In this document: in pieces, positions 1 to 8,145 of the stretch
Layout: the number at the start of each line of letters is the position of its first letter
How positions within the stretch are numbered: position 1 is the stretch's first letter
Notes under the pieces: generated by a model
What the model saw: the letters and a program-made list of their open reading frames with translations, nothing else
Database searches by the model: none
Told to the model about the DNA's origin: nothing
Assembly: GCA_028293305.1 (NCBI GenBank)
Contig: JAQGPD010000285.1
Span: 1-33,567, forward strand
Direction of reading: 5' to 3'
Source: Verrucomicrobiales bacterium
GTDB taxonomy: Bacteria; Verrucomicrobiota; Verrucomicrobiia; Verrucomicrobiales; V1-33
Length of the DNA stretch: 33,567 bases
Made by a program: the position numbers and the translations under genes

Positions 1-208
1 GGTCCGCACAGTCCTCTGTGCGGTTCCGGAGCCCCGGTTTCCCAAAAGCCCCGGCTCCAAAAGCCAAATCCGCCACGAACGCGTCCGCTCACCCCGTCCT
101 CCCAGGGCTGCTTCACCGCAGCGCCATTTCCCATCATAGCATTATAATATCGCAACTTTCTCTTTGCACGCGCTTGCAATACGGGCTTTTCTTCGCGTTC
201 GAAAACAT

Positions 209-994
209 ATGTCAGACCTTCCGGCCTCCAGTGCTCCCCGTCGCGCCTACAAACGTGTTGTTTTAAAATTAAGCGGGGAGGCGCTCCGCGCGGATGGCAG
301 CCTGGATAATATTTCCCCACCCATCGTGGAGGACATCGCCCACCAGATCAAAGCCGCCTATCAAACCGGCCTGGAAATCGGCATCGTCGTCGGAGGCGGG
401 AACTTCTGGCGCGGCCTCGCCGCCGCCAACAAAGGCATGGAGCGCACCACCGCCGACTACATGGGCATGCTCGCCACCATCATGAATGCCCTCGCCATCC
501 AGTCCATGCTGGAAGGCATCGGCGTCCCCACCCGCGTCCTCAGCGCCCTCGAACTCAAAAACGTCGCCGAGCCCTTCATCCGCCGCGTCGCCGTCCGCCA
601 CTTGGAACTCGGCCGCGTCGTCATCTTCGCCGCCGGCACCGGCAATCCCTATTTCTCCACCGACACCACCGCCGCCCTCCGCGCCAGTGAGATCGATGCC
701 GATGTCATCCTGAAGGCCACCAAGGTGGACGGCATCTACTGCAGCGACCCCAAGAAAAATCCGGACGCCAAGCGCTTCACCCAGGTCAGCTACCAGGACG
801 CCCTCGCCCGCCAGCTGAAGGTCATGGACTCCACCGCCTTCAGCCTCTGCATGGACAATCACAAGCCCATCATCGTCTTTGACATGCACCAGCCGGACAA
901 TATCCGGAAAGCCCTCGCCGGCGACCCCATCGGCACCCTCGTCAATGCGGGCCCCACTCTCCCTGCGGAAATGGCCATGGCCGTCCCCGCCTGA
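209..994 (+). CDS. pyrH: UMP kinase (uridylate kinase)
   Basis: ORF 164..994. It has amino-acid-kinase-fold motifs '[12 protein letters not shown]' and '[12 protein letters not shown]' typical of PyrH. Start moved to ATG 209 (MSDLP...) because the 15 upstream codons look non-homologous. Followed by frr (conserved pyrH-frr synteny). Confidence 0.92.
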   Translation: MSDLPASSAPRRAYKRVVLKLSGEALRADGSLDNISPPIVEDIAHQIKAAYQTGLEIGIVVGGGNFWRGLAAANKGMERTTADYMGMLATIMNALAIQSMLEGIGVPTRVLSALELKNVAEPFIRRVAVRHLELGRVVIFAAGTGNPYFSTDTTAALRASEIDADVILKATKVDGIYCSDPKKNPDAKRFTQVSYQDALARQLKVMDSTAFSLCMDNHKPIIVFDMHQPDNIRKALAGDPIGTLVNAGPTLPAEMAMAVPA

Positions 995-1090
995 GCCCCG
1001 CATTTCCGCCCTGGCCGTCACGTCCCGGCGGACGTATGTATTGCATTCACCATCCCTGACCGACCCATCGACCGACCGCCCCCACTGATT

Positions 1091-1657
1091 ATGGACATCG
1101 AATTCGCCATGCTGGAACTTGAGGAAGACATGCGGAAATCCCTGGACTTCACCATCAGCGACTACGCCAGCATCCGCACCGGAAAAGCCAACCCCAGCAT
1201 GGTGGAAGGCGTGGAAATCCACGTCAACGCCTACGGGATGAACATGAAACTCAGGCAGTTGGCCAATATCACCACGCCCGAGCCCCGCATGATCATTGTC
1301 GAGCCCTTCGACTTTTCCAACATGAAGGACATCGAGCGCGGCATCCGCGAGAGCCGCCTCGGATTCAACCCCGTCACCTACGGAAAAATCCTCCGCCTCC
1401 CCGTCCCGGAACTCACCCAGGAACGCCGCAAGGAAATGGTCAAGCTCCTCAAGGAAAAATCCGAGGACGGCAAAATCCGCCTCCGCGGTCTCCGGCGCGA
1501 TGCCATCGAAGCCGTCCGCAAAGCCGAAAAAGCCAGCGCCATCACGGAGGACGACCTCAAAGGCGCGGAAAAAGCCATTCAGGACCTAACGGATAAATCC
1601 ATCAAGGAACTGGAAACCGCCACCCTGAAAAAAGAAGCGGAAGTCATGCAGGTCTAA
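1091..1657 (+). CDS. frr: Ribosome recycling factor
   Basis: 188-aa ORF of typical Frr length. Frr-like sequence ('IRTGKANPSMVEGVEI', 'RLPVPELTQERRKEMVK', 'RRDAIE..K'). Lies directly downstream of pyrH. Confidence 0.93.
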   Translation: MDIEFAMLELEEDMRKSLDFTISDYASIRTGKANPSMVEGVEIHVNAYGMNMKLRQLANITTPEPRMIIVEPFDFSNMKDIERGIRESRLGFNPVTYGKILRLPVPELTQERRKEMVKLLKEKSEDGKIRLRGLRRDAIEAVRKAEKASAITEDDLKGAEKAIQDLTDKSIKELETATLKKEAEVMQV

Positions 1658-1685
1658 CCAGAGGAATGCGGGGTTTTCGAACCAG

Positions 1686-1730
1686 GAAAATTTCCAAATT
1701 TCTCAATTTCCAAATTTCCAAATTTTCCCA
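1686..1730. repeat. AT-rich periodic tract (AAATTTCC-like units, ~8-bp period, 5 units)
   Basis: Read directly: ggaaaatttccaaatttctcaatttccaaatttccaaattttccca, sitting in otherwise GC-rich DNA between the frr stop and the HD-gene start. Confidence 0.8.
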
Positions 1731-1742
1731 CTGCCCCGTTCC

Positions 1743-2549
1743 ATGAAAGTTGGCACCCTGAAAAGAGACGAACTCGACCGCGCCCTCCTCGCCATGGTCG
1801 AGGCCAAGCCCCGCGCGATCCTTGAAAAACTTTGTCAGGACCCCAAGGTCAAGCTTTGGCAAAATCAGGCAAACCACGTCTCCATCGTCCGCCTAGGCTA
1901 TAATGACCACGGTCCCGTGCACATGCGCATCGTCACCCTGCACGCCCTGCGCATCATGAATCTGCTGAAGGAAGGCGGCGTGCGCTCCACCATGGAGTTC
2001 GAGGAAATCGGCACCTACGAGGACTCCAAAGTCGCCGTCGTCCTCGCCGCCATGCTCCACGACATCGGCATGGGCGTCACGCGGGACAAACACGAGTGGC
2101 ACAGCGTGCACATGTGCATGCCCTTGGTGGAGAGGTATTTGGCGGAAATTTATCCTGACGACGAGGAAAAGCAGCTGTCCATTTCCTGCATGGTCCGCGA
2201 AGCCATCGTGGGGCACATGGGGCACGATAAAATCCATTCCGTGGAAGCCGGCGTGCTCCTCGTGGCCGACGGCACCGACATGACCAAAGGCCGCGCCCGC
2301 ATCGCCAAAATGCTCGCGCAAAAACCAACCTTGGGCGACATGCACCGCCACTCCGCCGACGCCATCAAGGAAGTCATCCTAACCAAGGGCGAGGAGCGCC
2401 CCGTGCACATCGCCGTGAAAATGGACGACTACTCCGGCATCTTCCAGGTGGAGGAAGTCCTGATGCAAAAAATCAGCTATTCCCCCATCCGCCAACACGT
2501 CGAACTCAGCGTCATCGTCCACGACGACCCACCCCGCCGGTATCTGTAG
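1743..2549 (+). CDS. HD-domain metal-dependent phosphohydrolase (function unknown)
   Basis: 268-aa ORF with an 'HDIGMG' HD motif preceded by 'GPVHMRIV' (upstream His) and further His/Asp clusters ('GHMGHDKIHS', 'LVADGTDM'). GC3-rich codon usage like the neighbouring genes. Confidence 0.7.
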   Translation: MKVGTLKRDELDRALLAMVEAKPRAILEKLCQDPKVKLWQNQANHVSIVRLGYNDHGPVHMRIVTLHALRIMNLLKEGGVRSTMEFEEIGTYEDSKVAVVLAAMLHDIGMGVTRDKHEWHSVHMCMPLVERYLAEIYPDDEEKQLSISCMVREAIVGHMGHDKIHSVEAGVLLVADGTDMTKGRARIAKMLAQKPTLGDMHRHSADAIKEVILTKGEERPVHIAVKMDDYSGIFQVEEVLMQKISYSPIRQHVELSVIVHDDPPRRYL

Positions 2550-2555
2550 GCAAGT

Positions 2556-2676
2556 CGGAGGGCGGACATTCTGTCCGCCGGGGCAAAGGAACCGCGTCGA
2601 CAGAATGTCGACTCTCCGGAGGGCGGACATTCTGTCCGCCAGGGCAAGGAACCGCGTCGACAGAATGTCGACACTC
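2556..2676. repeat. Tandem (2 x ~60 bp) REP/BIME-like element; each unit carries two hairpin-capable palindromes
   Basis: GGCGGACATTCTGTCCGCC at 2561-2579 and 2622-2640. GTCGACAGAATGTCGAC at 2596-2612 and 2656-2672. The units are nearly identical. Located between convergent genes. Confidence 0.85.
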
Positions 2677-2766
2677 CGAAAAACGGCGTCGACTTTGCGG
2701 GCTGGATTCGTGGTCGTTTTTCACCGGACCTGCCAAGAATGCATTCAGGCTTTTCCCCGCTCTAAA

Positions 2767-3321
2767 TCAGCTGGGTGGGGTTTTTCCCGCAACCATTTCC
2801 ATCACGCGCTCCACGATGCCCTCCACGGGCCACAGCCGGCCGGGGCCTTCGTAACCGCAGGCGAGCATGCCTTCCTCCGGGCCGATCCAATGATGCCCCC
2901 AGGCGGTTAGAGTTTCCACGTTCCGCCGCGTCGCGGGATGGGACCACATTTTGCCATTCATGGCCGGGGCATGGAGAATGGGGGCGCGGGTCGCCAGGCA
3001 GATGGCGGAGAGGGCGTCGTCGGAAAGGCCGGCGGCGAGCTTTGCCAGGATGTTGGCGGTGGCGGGGGCGATGAGCACCAGGTCCGCATGATCCGCCAGG
3101 TGGATGTGCCCAGGCCGCCAGGATTGTTTTTCATCGTAAAGGCCGGTGACCACCGGGTTTTTGGTCAGGACCTGCAGAGTGAGCGGCGTGATGAATTCCT
3201 GGGCATCCGTCGTCATCACTGCCGTGACGTCGCACCCACGCTTGGTGAGTTGGCTCGCCAAATCAGCCGCTTTGTAAGCGGCGATGGAACCGGTGATGCC
3301 GAGGAGGATGCGCGGGGACAT
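2767..3321 (-). CDS. coaC: Phosphopantothenoylcysteine decarboxylase (stand-alone CoaC-type HFCD flavoprotein)
   Basis: 184 aa. N-terminal 'ILLGITGSIAAYKA' FMN-binding start, 'PAMNGKMW' (PXMNXXMW) motif and 'LACGYEGPGR' substrate clamp, all typical of the CoaC half of Dfp/CoaBC. No CoaB domain is attached. Confidence 0.8.
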   Translation of the reverse strand: MSPRILLGITGSIAAYKAADLASQLTKRGCDVTAVMTTDAQEFITPLTLQVLTKNPVVTGLYDEKQSWRPGHIHLADHADLVLIAPATANILAKLAAGLSDDALSAICLATRAPILHAPAMNGKMWSHPATRRNVETLTAWGHHWIGPEEGMLACGYEGPGRLWPVEGIVERVMEMVAGKTPPS

Positions 3322-3344
3322 GGGAGGGGGAGGGGGGGAGGGAG
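3322..3344 (+). other. G-quadruplex-capable G-run (GGG A GGGGG A GGGGGGG A GGG); it is the poly-C/CT leader of coaC on the - strand
   Basis: Read directly: four G-runs of at least 3 separated by single A residues, immediately adjacent to the coaC start codon (3319-3321). Confidence 0.7.
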
Positions 3345-3372
3345 TTATTAGTTATTGGTTATTAGTTATTAG
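3345..3372. repeat. AT-rich heptamer tandem (GTTATTA/GTTATTG x4)
   Basis: Read directly: ttattagttattggttattagttattag, between the gmk stop and the coaC start. Confidence 0.8.
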
Positions 3373-3446
3373 GGGGGCGGTCGGAGGCCTCGGCGGGGGT
3401 CAAGGTAACCGTCTTATCGGTGAGGGTTTTGTGGATTTTGGCGGGG

Positions 3447-4058
3447 TCAGGTGGCGGGGAAGCGGAGGCGGGAGCTGCGGTGGCGCTCAGCTTCGAGGAT
3501 GGCCAGGAAATGCGTTAGGTCCTCGTGCTTGCTGCGGCTGACGATGGTGTAGGCGTAGGTCGGCCAATGCTGCATTTCATCCAGGGCATTGAGCAGACGG
3601 AGCTGGAGTTCAGCATCGGATTCCGACCGCCGTCCCGTCAGGCGGGCGCGGAGTTCCTCGATGCTGCCGGGCAGGATGAAAACGTCCACCAGGCTGTGGC
3701 GGATCGCCATGTCCGTGCAGGCCCGGAGCTGCGCCGCGCCCTGTGGATCCAGATCCATGATCACATCCTCACCGTTGGTGAGGCGGGGCAGGACCTCGCT
3801 TTTCAGAGTGCCATAGCGGCGGCCGTGCACGAGGGCGTGTTCCAGAAAATCCCCGGCCTCGATGCGTTCCTGGAATTCATCATCGCTCAGAAAAAAGTAA
3901 TCCTGGCCATGCACTTCGCCCGGCCGCTGGTTCCGCGTGGTGCAGGAAACCGTGTAATAAAGCGGCGTCCGTTCCGATGCCCCGCGGCAGACGGTGGTTT
4001 TTCCGGAGCCGGAAGGGCCGGAGACGACGCAAAGAATGCCGGTGCGGTGAAGAGACAT
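3447..4058 (-). CDS. gmk: Guanylate kinase
   Basis: 203 aa. P-loop 'GPSGSGKTT', 'TTRNQRPGEVHGQDYFF' GMP-binding segment. Typical length and conserved yicC-gmk neighbourhood. Confidence 0.92.
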   Translation of the reverse strand: MSLHRTGILCVVSGPSGSGKTTVCRGASERTPLYYTVSCTTRNQRPGEVHGQDYFFLSDDEFQERIEAGDFLEHALVHGRRYGTLKSEVLPRLTNGEDVIMDLDPQGAAQLRACTDMAIRHSLVDVFILPGSIEELRARLTGRRSESDAELQLRLLNALDEMQHWPTYAYTIVSRSKHEDLTHFLAILEAERHRSSRLRFPAT

Positions 4059-4170
4059 GGATAGGGAAAGGCAGGTGGGGTGATGAAAAAATAAAGCGCG
4101 TGATCAGTGCCGAATGCCGATACTGTTTCGGCAAAACACGACTGGCTAGCAATATACGGGTGTTGTTATG

Positions 4171-4226
4171 TTCTATTTTCTATTTTCTAATTTCTAATTT
4201 CGAAATTTTCAAATTTTCCATTTCCC
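4171..4226. repeat. AT-rich periodic tract (TATTTTC/TAATTTC/AAATTTTC units, 7-8-bp period, ~7 units)
   Basis: Read directly: ttctattttctattttctaatttctaatttcgaaattttcaaattttccatttcc, between the yicC stop (4231) and the gmk start (4058). Confidence 0.8.
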
Positions 4227-4230
4227 CCGC

Positions 4231-5109
4231 CTATTCGACATTCTGGACTTGTTCACGCAGTCGTTCCACTTCGGTTTTGCCGGCGACGACGAGGTGTTGA
4301 ATGGGGGCGTGATTGGCTTTGGCGCCCATGGTGTTCAGCTCGCGATGCATTTCCTGCGTGAGGAAGTCCAAGGGGCGGCCGGAGGGAGTGTCGGTTTCCA
4401 TGAGGCGTTGGAATTCCACCAGGTGGCCGCCCAGACGTGTGATTTCCTCGGAAATATCGCATTTGTCAGCAAAGAGCGCGATCTCACGGACCAAGCGTTC
4501 ATCCTCCATCGGGATGGGGAGGCCGGCTTCCTCCAGTCGGCGGCGCAGCGCGTCGCGATGCAGGGGGGCGACTTTCGGCGCTTCGGCGGAAATTTGTTCC
4601 AGGAGCTGGCGGAGGTGGTCCAGCTTCGAAACCAGGTCCGCATGAAGATGGGCGCCCTCGCGGACCCGGGCTTCGTCCCAAGCGATGAGCGCTGCGGACA
4701 CGGCGGAAAAAACCATGGGCTGCAGGGCTTCCGCCGTGGCGGGTTCCCGGCCTTCGACCGTGAAAATGCCGGGAGCGCGGAGCAGGGCATCGGGCGTCAA
4801 TTCCAGCGGCGTTCCCAGGGAAGCGCCCAGTTTTGTCAGGGCCTCGGCGTATTGGCGGGCCAGGGATTCATCGACGCGGAGGGTGGCGGTGGATTCCTGG
4901 TCGGACTCGCAGGTGATCACGCCATGCAGCCGTCCGCGGGAGAGGACACCGGTCAAAAGCTGGCGGATCCCTGCTTCCAGTGGCTGCCAGTCGCGGGGCA
5001 GGCGGAGGTCGATATCCGCCTGCTTGCGGTTCACCGAGGAGAGTTCCACGGCGCAGCGCCCCCCGGGGCCGCCGGCCTCGCCTCTTCCAAATCCAGTCAT
5101 GCTTTTCAT
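4231..5109 (-). CDS. yicC: YicC/YloC family stress-induced protein (putative endoribonuclease)
   Basis: ORF 4231..5274. The N-terminus 'MKSMTGFGRGE' is the canonical YicC start, so the start is moved to ATG 5109. The C-terminal 'DISEEITRL..H...F' and 'REINTIGSKA-like (RELNTMGAKAN)' DUF1732 region is recognisable. Confidence 0.85.
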   Translation of the reverse strand: MKSMTGFGRGEAGGPGGRCAVELSSVNRKQADIDLRLPRDWQPLEAGIRQLLTGVLSRGRLHGVITCESDQESTATLRVDESLARQYAEALTKLGASLGTPLELTPDALLRAPGIFTVEGREPATAEALQPMVFSAVSAALIAWDEARVREGAHLHADLVSKLDHLRQLLEQISAEAPKVAPLHRDALRRRLEEAGLPIPMEDERLVREIALFADKCDISEEITRLGGHLVEFQRLMETDTPSGRPLDFLTQEMHRELNTMGAKANHAPIQHLVVAGKTEVERLREQVQNVE

Positions 5110-5462
5110 GCCGCGCACCGTGGCAGGCCCGGCGCGGGTGACAACGGGGAACGTGCGCCGCCAAGCCGGTCGGGAAAAGGTGGCAGGAATCCGGAACAGG
5201 TGCGAGATTCCCGTTCCGCCTATGGTGCCGTGTGGAAATGAACATATAAAACAGCCTCGCGGCGCCTGCTCCACCCTATCAGGAATCGCTGATCCAGACT
5301 GTATTTTCGGTCAATTCCACTCCATCCGCGTTCCCGTATGCATCCCGGGCGTTCCCGGTGCCCGTTTATGCCAAGTGAGTCACCGGGTCGTCCCACGATT
5401 TTCCCCGGCGGCGGCATTCGCAGCTTGAGGGGAATCCGTCCCGCCTTTATGATCCGATCCAT

Positions 5463-8093
5463 ATGTCCGGTTCCGCTTATTTTCCGTGGTCCTTTCCTTT
5501 GCGGAAATCCGGCGGGCTTTTACTGGCAGGGCTGTTCCTATCAAGTGGCGTGCTGCGCGCCGCCCCCGATGTGGAAGCCGCCCGCACGTTGCTGCGCCAA
5601 GGAAATTACTCCGCCGCATTGACCGCCGCGGAGGCGGCCTTCACGGATCCATTCCATGACCGGGAAGCCTGGCATCTCATGCGGATCGAGGCCCTCATGG
5701 CCACGGGACAATATCCGGAAGCGCTCCAGGCCGTGCAGGAAGCGCTCGGCATCGACCCCCGCAGCCTGCGTCTGAAATGGGCGGCCAGGGACGTTTTCCT
5801 AGCCAATGGCGACAAGGCCGCCGCGGATTCCATCCCTGCGGAAATCCAGCAGTTCGTCACCATCCGCAGCCGCGCCTACCGCGATGTCAAAAGCATCGTG
5901 GTCTATGGGCAGGCGCTCGTTGAGTTGGGGGAGGATCCCAAAATCGTCCTCGACAAAGTCTACACCGTGGCCGCCAAAATGGACCCTGCCGCGCGCGAAC
6001 CGCTGCTGGCCGCCGCGAATCTGGCCCTGCGGAAAAACGATTTCGCCCTGGCCGCTAAAAAGTTCCAGGCGACGCTGAAACTGTTCCCGGATGATCCCGA
6101 TCTCCTCCACGGACTCGCCCTCGCCTTTGCCTCGGGCGACCGCCGCAGCATGGCCGCGAATCTCGACGCCGCGCTCGCTGTCAATCCCTCGCATGTTCCT
6201 TCGCTGCTGCGCCTGGCGGATTACCGGATCGACGCGGAGAAGTATGCGGAAGCCGAGGAGTTGCTGGTCAAGGTGCAGAAAGTGAATCCCCACCGGCCGG
6301 AACTATGGGCCTACCGCGCGGTGCTGGCGCATCTCAAAAACGATCCCGCCGCCGAGTCCGCCGCCCGCGCGGCCGCCTTGAAATTTTTCCCCGCGAATCC
6401 GCTTCCGGACCACCTCATCGGCCGGAAGCTTTCCCAGAAATACCGCTTTGCCGAAGGTGCCGCCCGCCAGCGCCAGGCTTTGGAATTCGATCCCGCCTAT
6501 CTTCCCGCCAGGGCGCAACTATCCAATGATCTTCTTCGGCTCGGCGATGAGGATGAAGGCTGGAAACTCGCGGCCACCGTGCGCGACGAGGATGCCTACG
6601 ACGTGGCGGCGTTCAATCTCATGACGCTGCACGACGCCATGACCGCCGGTTTCACCACCCTCCATAACGAAAATTTCCAAGTGCGCATGAAAGCCTCGGA
6701 AGCGGCCATCTACGGGCCACGGGTGCTGGAGCTGCTGGATCAGGCCCGCGAAAAACTGGGCAGGAAATATGGCATTGAAGTCGTGCGACCCACCATCGTG
6801 GAAATCTTTCCGGAGCAAAAAGACTTCGGCGTGCGCACCTTCGGCATGCCTGACAATCCCGGCTATCTGGGCGTTTGTTTTGGCCGGGTCGTCACCGCCG
6901 TCAGCCCCGCCGCCAACCAGGGCCGCGCGGTCAATTGGGAGGCCGTGCTCTGGCATGAATTTTGTCACACCGTCACCCTCCAGGCGACCAGGAACAAGAT
7001 GCCGCGCTGGCTCAGCGAGGGAATTTCCGTTTACGAGGAACGTCAGGCCGACCCGTCCTGGGGCGAACACATGGATGCGGATTACCGGCGGAAAATAGTG
7101 TCAGGAAAGCTCACGCCCATTGCTTCCATGAGCAGCGCGTTTCTCTCGCCGCCCACGCCGCAGGACCTGCAGTTCGCTTATTTCCAAGCCGGCCTGGTGG
7201 TCTCCTGGCTGGTGGAAAAACACGGTCCGGATGTCCTCAAATCCATCCTGTCCGACCTTGCCGAAGGCACGCCCATCAATGAGACCCTGACAAAACGCGC
7301 CGCCCCCATGGAAGCGATCGAGCGGGACTTCGCCGCCTACGCCCGCAGTCTCGCCGACCGGTTCGGGCCGGCTTTGAATTGGGATCCGCCCCCGCCGCCG
7401 CTGCTCCTCCCCGGCGCGGAGGAGGCGCTGGCGGATTGGGTGAAATCGCATCCTGACAACTACTGGATTTTCCTCCGCGAGGCCGACCGCTTGATCGGGG
7501 AAAAACAATACGCCGCCGCCAAAGCCCCGCTGCAGTCCCTCATCGACCGCGCGCCCGCCCTAACGGGAGTCGACAGCCCATGGCGCATGCTCGCCGCCGT
7601 CCACCGCGCCCTCGGCGAGACTGAATCCGAACGCGCCGTCCTCACCAAACTCACCGCCGCGGACGCGGCCGCTCCGGACGCCAATCTCCGCCTGGCCGAA
7701 CTCGCCGCCGACGCCGGTGATTGGACCACGGCCGAAACCCAGGCCCGCCGCGCCCTGGCCGTGAATCCGCTGATCGCCGCCCCGTGGCGCACCCTGGCGC
7801 GCGCCGCGGAAAGCAACCGTCACCTCCCCAACGCCATCTCCGCATGGCGGACCCTGCTCGCCCTGGAGCCCCCGAATCCCTCCTCCGTCCACTATCAACT
7901 CGCCCGCCTCCTCCACCAATCCGGTTCCCCGGAAGCCCGCCGCCAAGTGCTCATGGCGCTGGAGGAAACGCCGCGCCACCGCGCCGCCCTGGAGCTGCTT
8001 CAAAAAATCTCCTCCGATTCCCCCACCCCACCCACGCCACCTTCCAGCGCCACCTCCCCCCTTCCGGCACCTCCGCCCAAATTGCCTGAATGA
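5463..8093 (+). CDS. Secreted TPR-repeat protein with central gluzincin (Peptidase_MA_2-like) domain
   Basis: 876 aa. N-terminal signal-like segment (LLLAGLFLSSGVLRA). Multiple TPR-like helices on both sides. 'WHEFCHTV' HExxH (His-Glu..His codons 6954-6968) followed 17 residues later by 'WLSEGISVY', which resembles the M1/MA 'WLNEGFA' third-ligand motif. Confidence 0.7.
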   Translation: MSGSAYFPWSFPLRKSGGLLLAGLFLSSGVLRAAPDVEAARTLLRQGNYSAALTAAEAAFTDPFHDREAWHLMRIEALMATGQYPEALQAVQEALGIDPRSLRLKWAARDVFLANGDKAAADSIPAEIQQFVTIRSRAYRDVKSIVVYGQALVELGEDPKIVLDKVYTVAAKMDPAAREPLLAAANLALRKNDFALAAKKFQATLKLFPDDPDLLHGLALAFASGDRRSMAANLDAALAVNPSHVPSLLRLADYRIDAEKYAEAEELLVKVQKVNPHRPELWAYRAVLAHLKNDPAAESAARAAALKFFPANPLPDHLIGRKLSQKYRFAEGAARQRQALEFDPAYLPARAQLSNDLLRLGDEDEGWKLAATVRDEDAYDVAAFNLMTLHDAMTAGFTTLHNENFQVRMKASEAAIYGPRVLELLDQAREKLGRKYGIEVVRPTIVEIFPEQKDFGVRTFGMPDNPGYLGVCFGRVVTAVSPAANQGRAVNWEAVLWHEFCHTVTLQATRNKMPRWLSEGISVYEERQADPSWGEHMDADYRRKIVSGKLTPIASMSSAFLSPPTPQDLQFAYFQAGLVVSWLVEKHGPDVLKSILSDLAEGTPINETLTKRAAPMEAIERDFAAYARSLADRFGPALNWDPPPPPLLLPGAEEALADWVKSHPDNYWIFLREADRLIGEKQYAAAKAPLQSLIDRAPALTGVDSPWRMLAAVHRALGETESERAVLTKLTAADAAAPDANLRLAELAADAGDWTTAETQARRALAVNPLIAAPWRTLARAAESNRHLPNAISAWRTLLALEPPNPSSVHYQLARLLHQSGSPEARRQVLMALEETPRHRAALELLQKISSDSPTPPTPPSSATSPLPAPPPKLPE

Positions 8094-8145
8094 TTGGCAG
8101 GAAATCCGCGCGTAGTCATCCCTGCCGACCGCCTCCCGAGCATCC

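Noticed and set aside
4-23. Perfect 8-bp hairpin CCGCACAG-tcct-CTGTGCGG at the window edge as a terminator of an off-window gene
   Set aside because: No T-run follows and the upstream gene is not visible, so the call cannot be supported.
143-148. Perfect TATAAT about 60 nt upstream of pyrH as a sigma70 -10 box
   Set aside because: There is no acceptable -35 (TTGACA-like) at 16-19 nt and no extended -10 TG. The promoter consensus of this lineage is unknown to me, so I did not report it as a feature.
164-208. Upstream ATG starts for pyrH (164), yicC (5274), cysD (32299) and the terminal operon gene (19694)
   Set aside because: The family-typical N-termini or signal peptide begin at internal ATGs (209, 5109, 32254, 19763). 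The extensions add non-homologous Arg/Pro-rich residues or overlap the upstream gene.
269-1222. 317-aa ORF antisense to pyrH, and similar long antisense or alternate-frame ORFs (e.g. 4249-5241 +, 9004-10038 -, 9983-11134 -, 14592-15923 -, 16239-17270 -, 19772-20383 -, 29543-30457 +, 31592-32287 +)
   Set aside because: They lie opposite or out of frame to genes with clear family motifs. Their translations are Gly/Arg/Ala/Pro-rich low-information sequence, which is typical of spurious open frames in GC-rich DNA.
2556-2676. Possible CRISPR array (direct repeats with palindromes)
   Set aside because: There are only two abutting copies with no unique spacers, and no cas genes in the window. The organisation fits a REP/BIME-like element instead.
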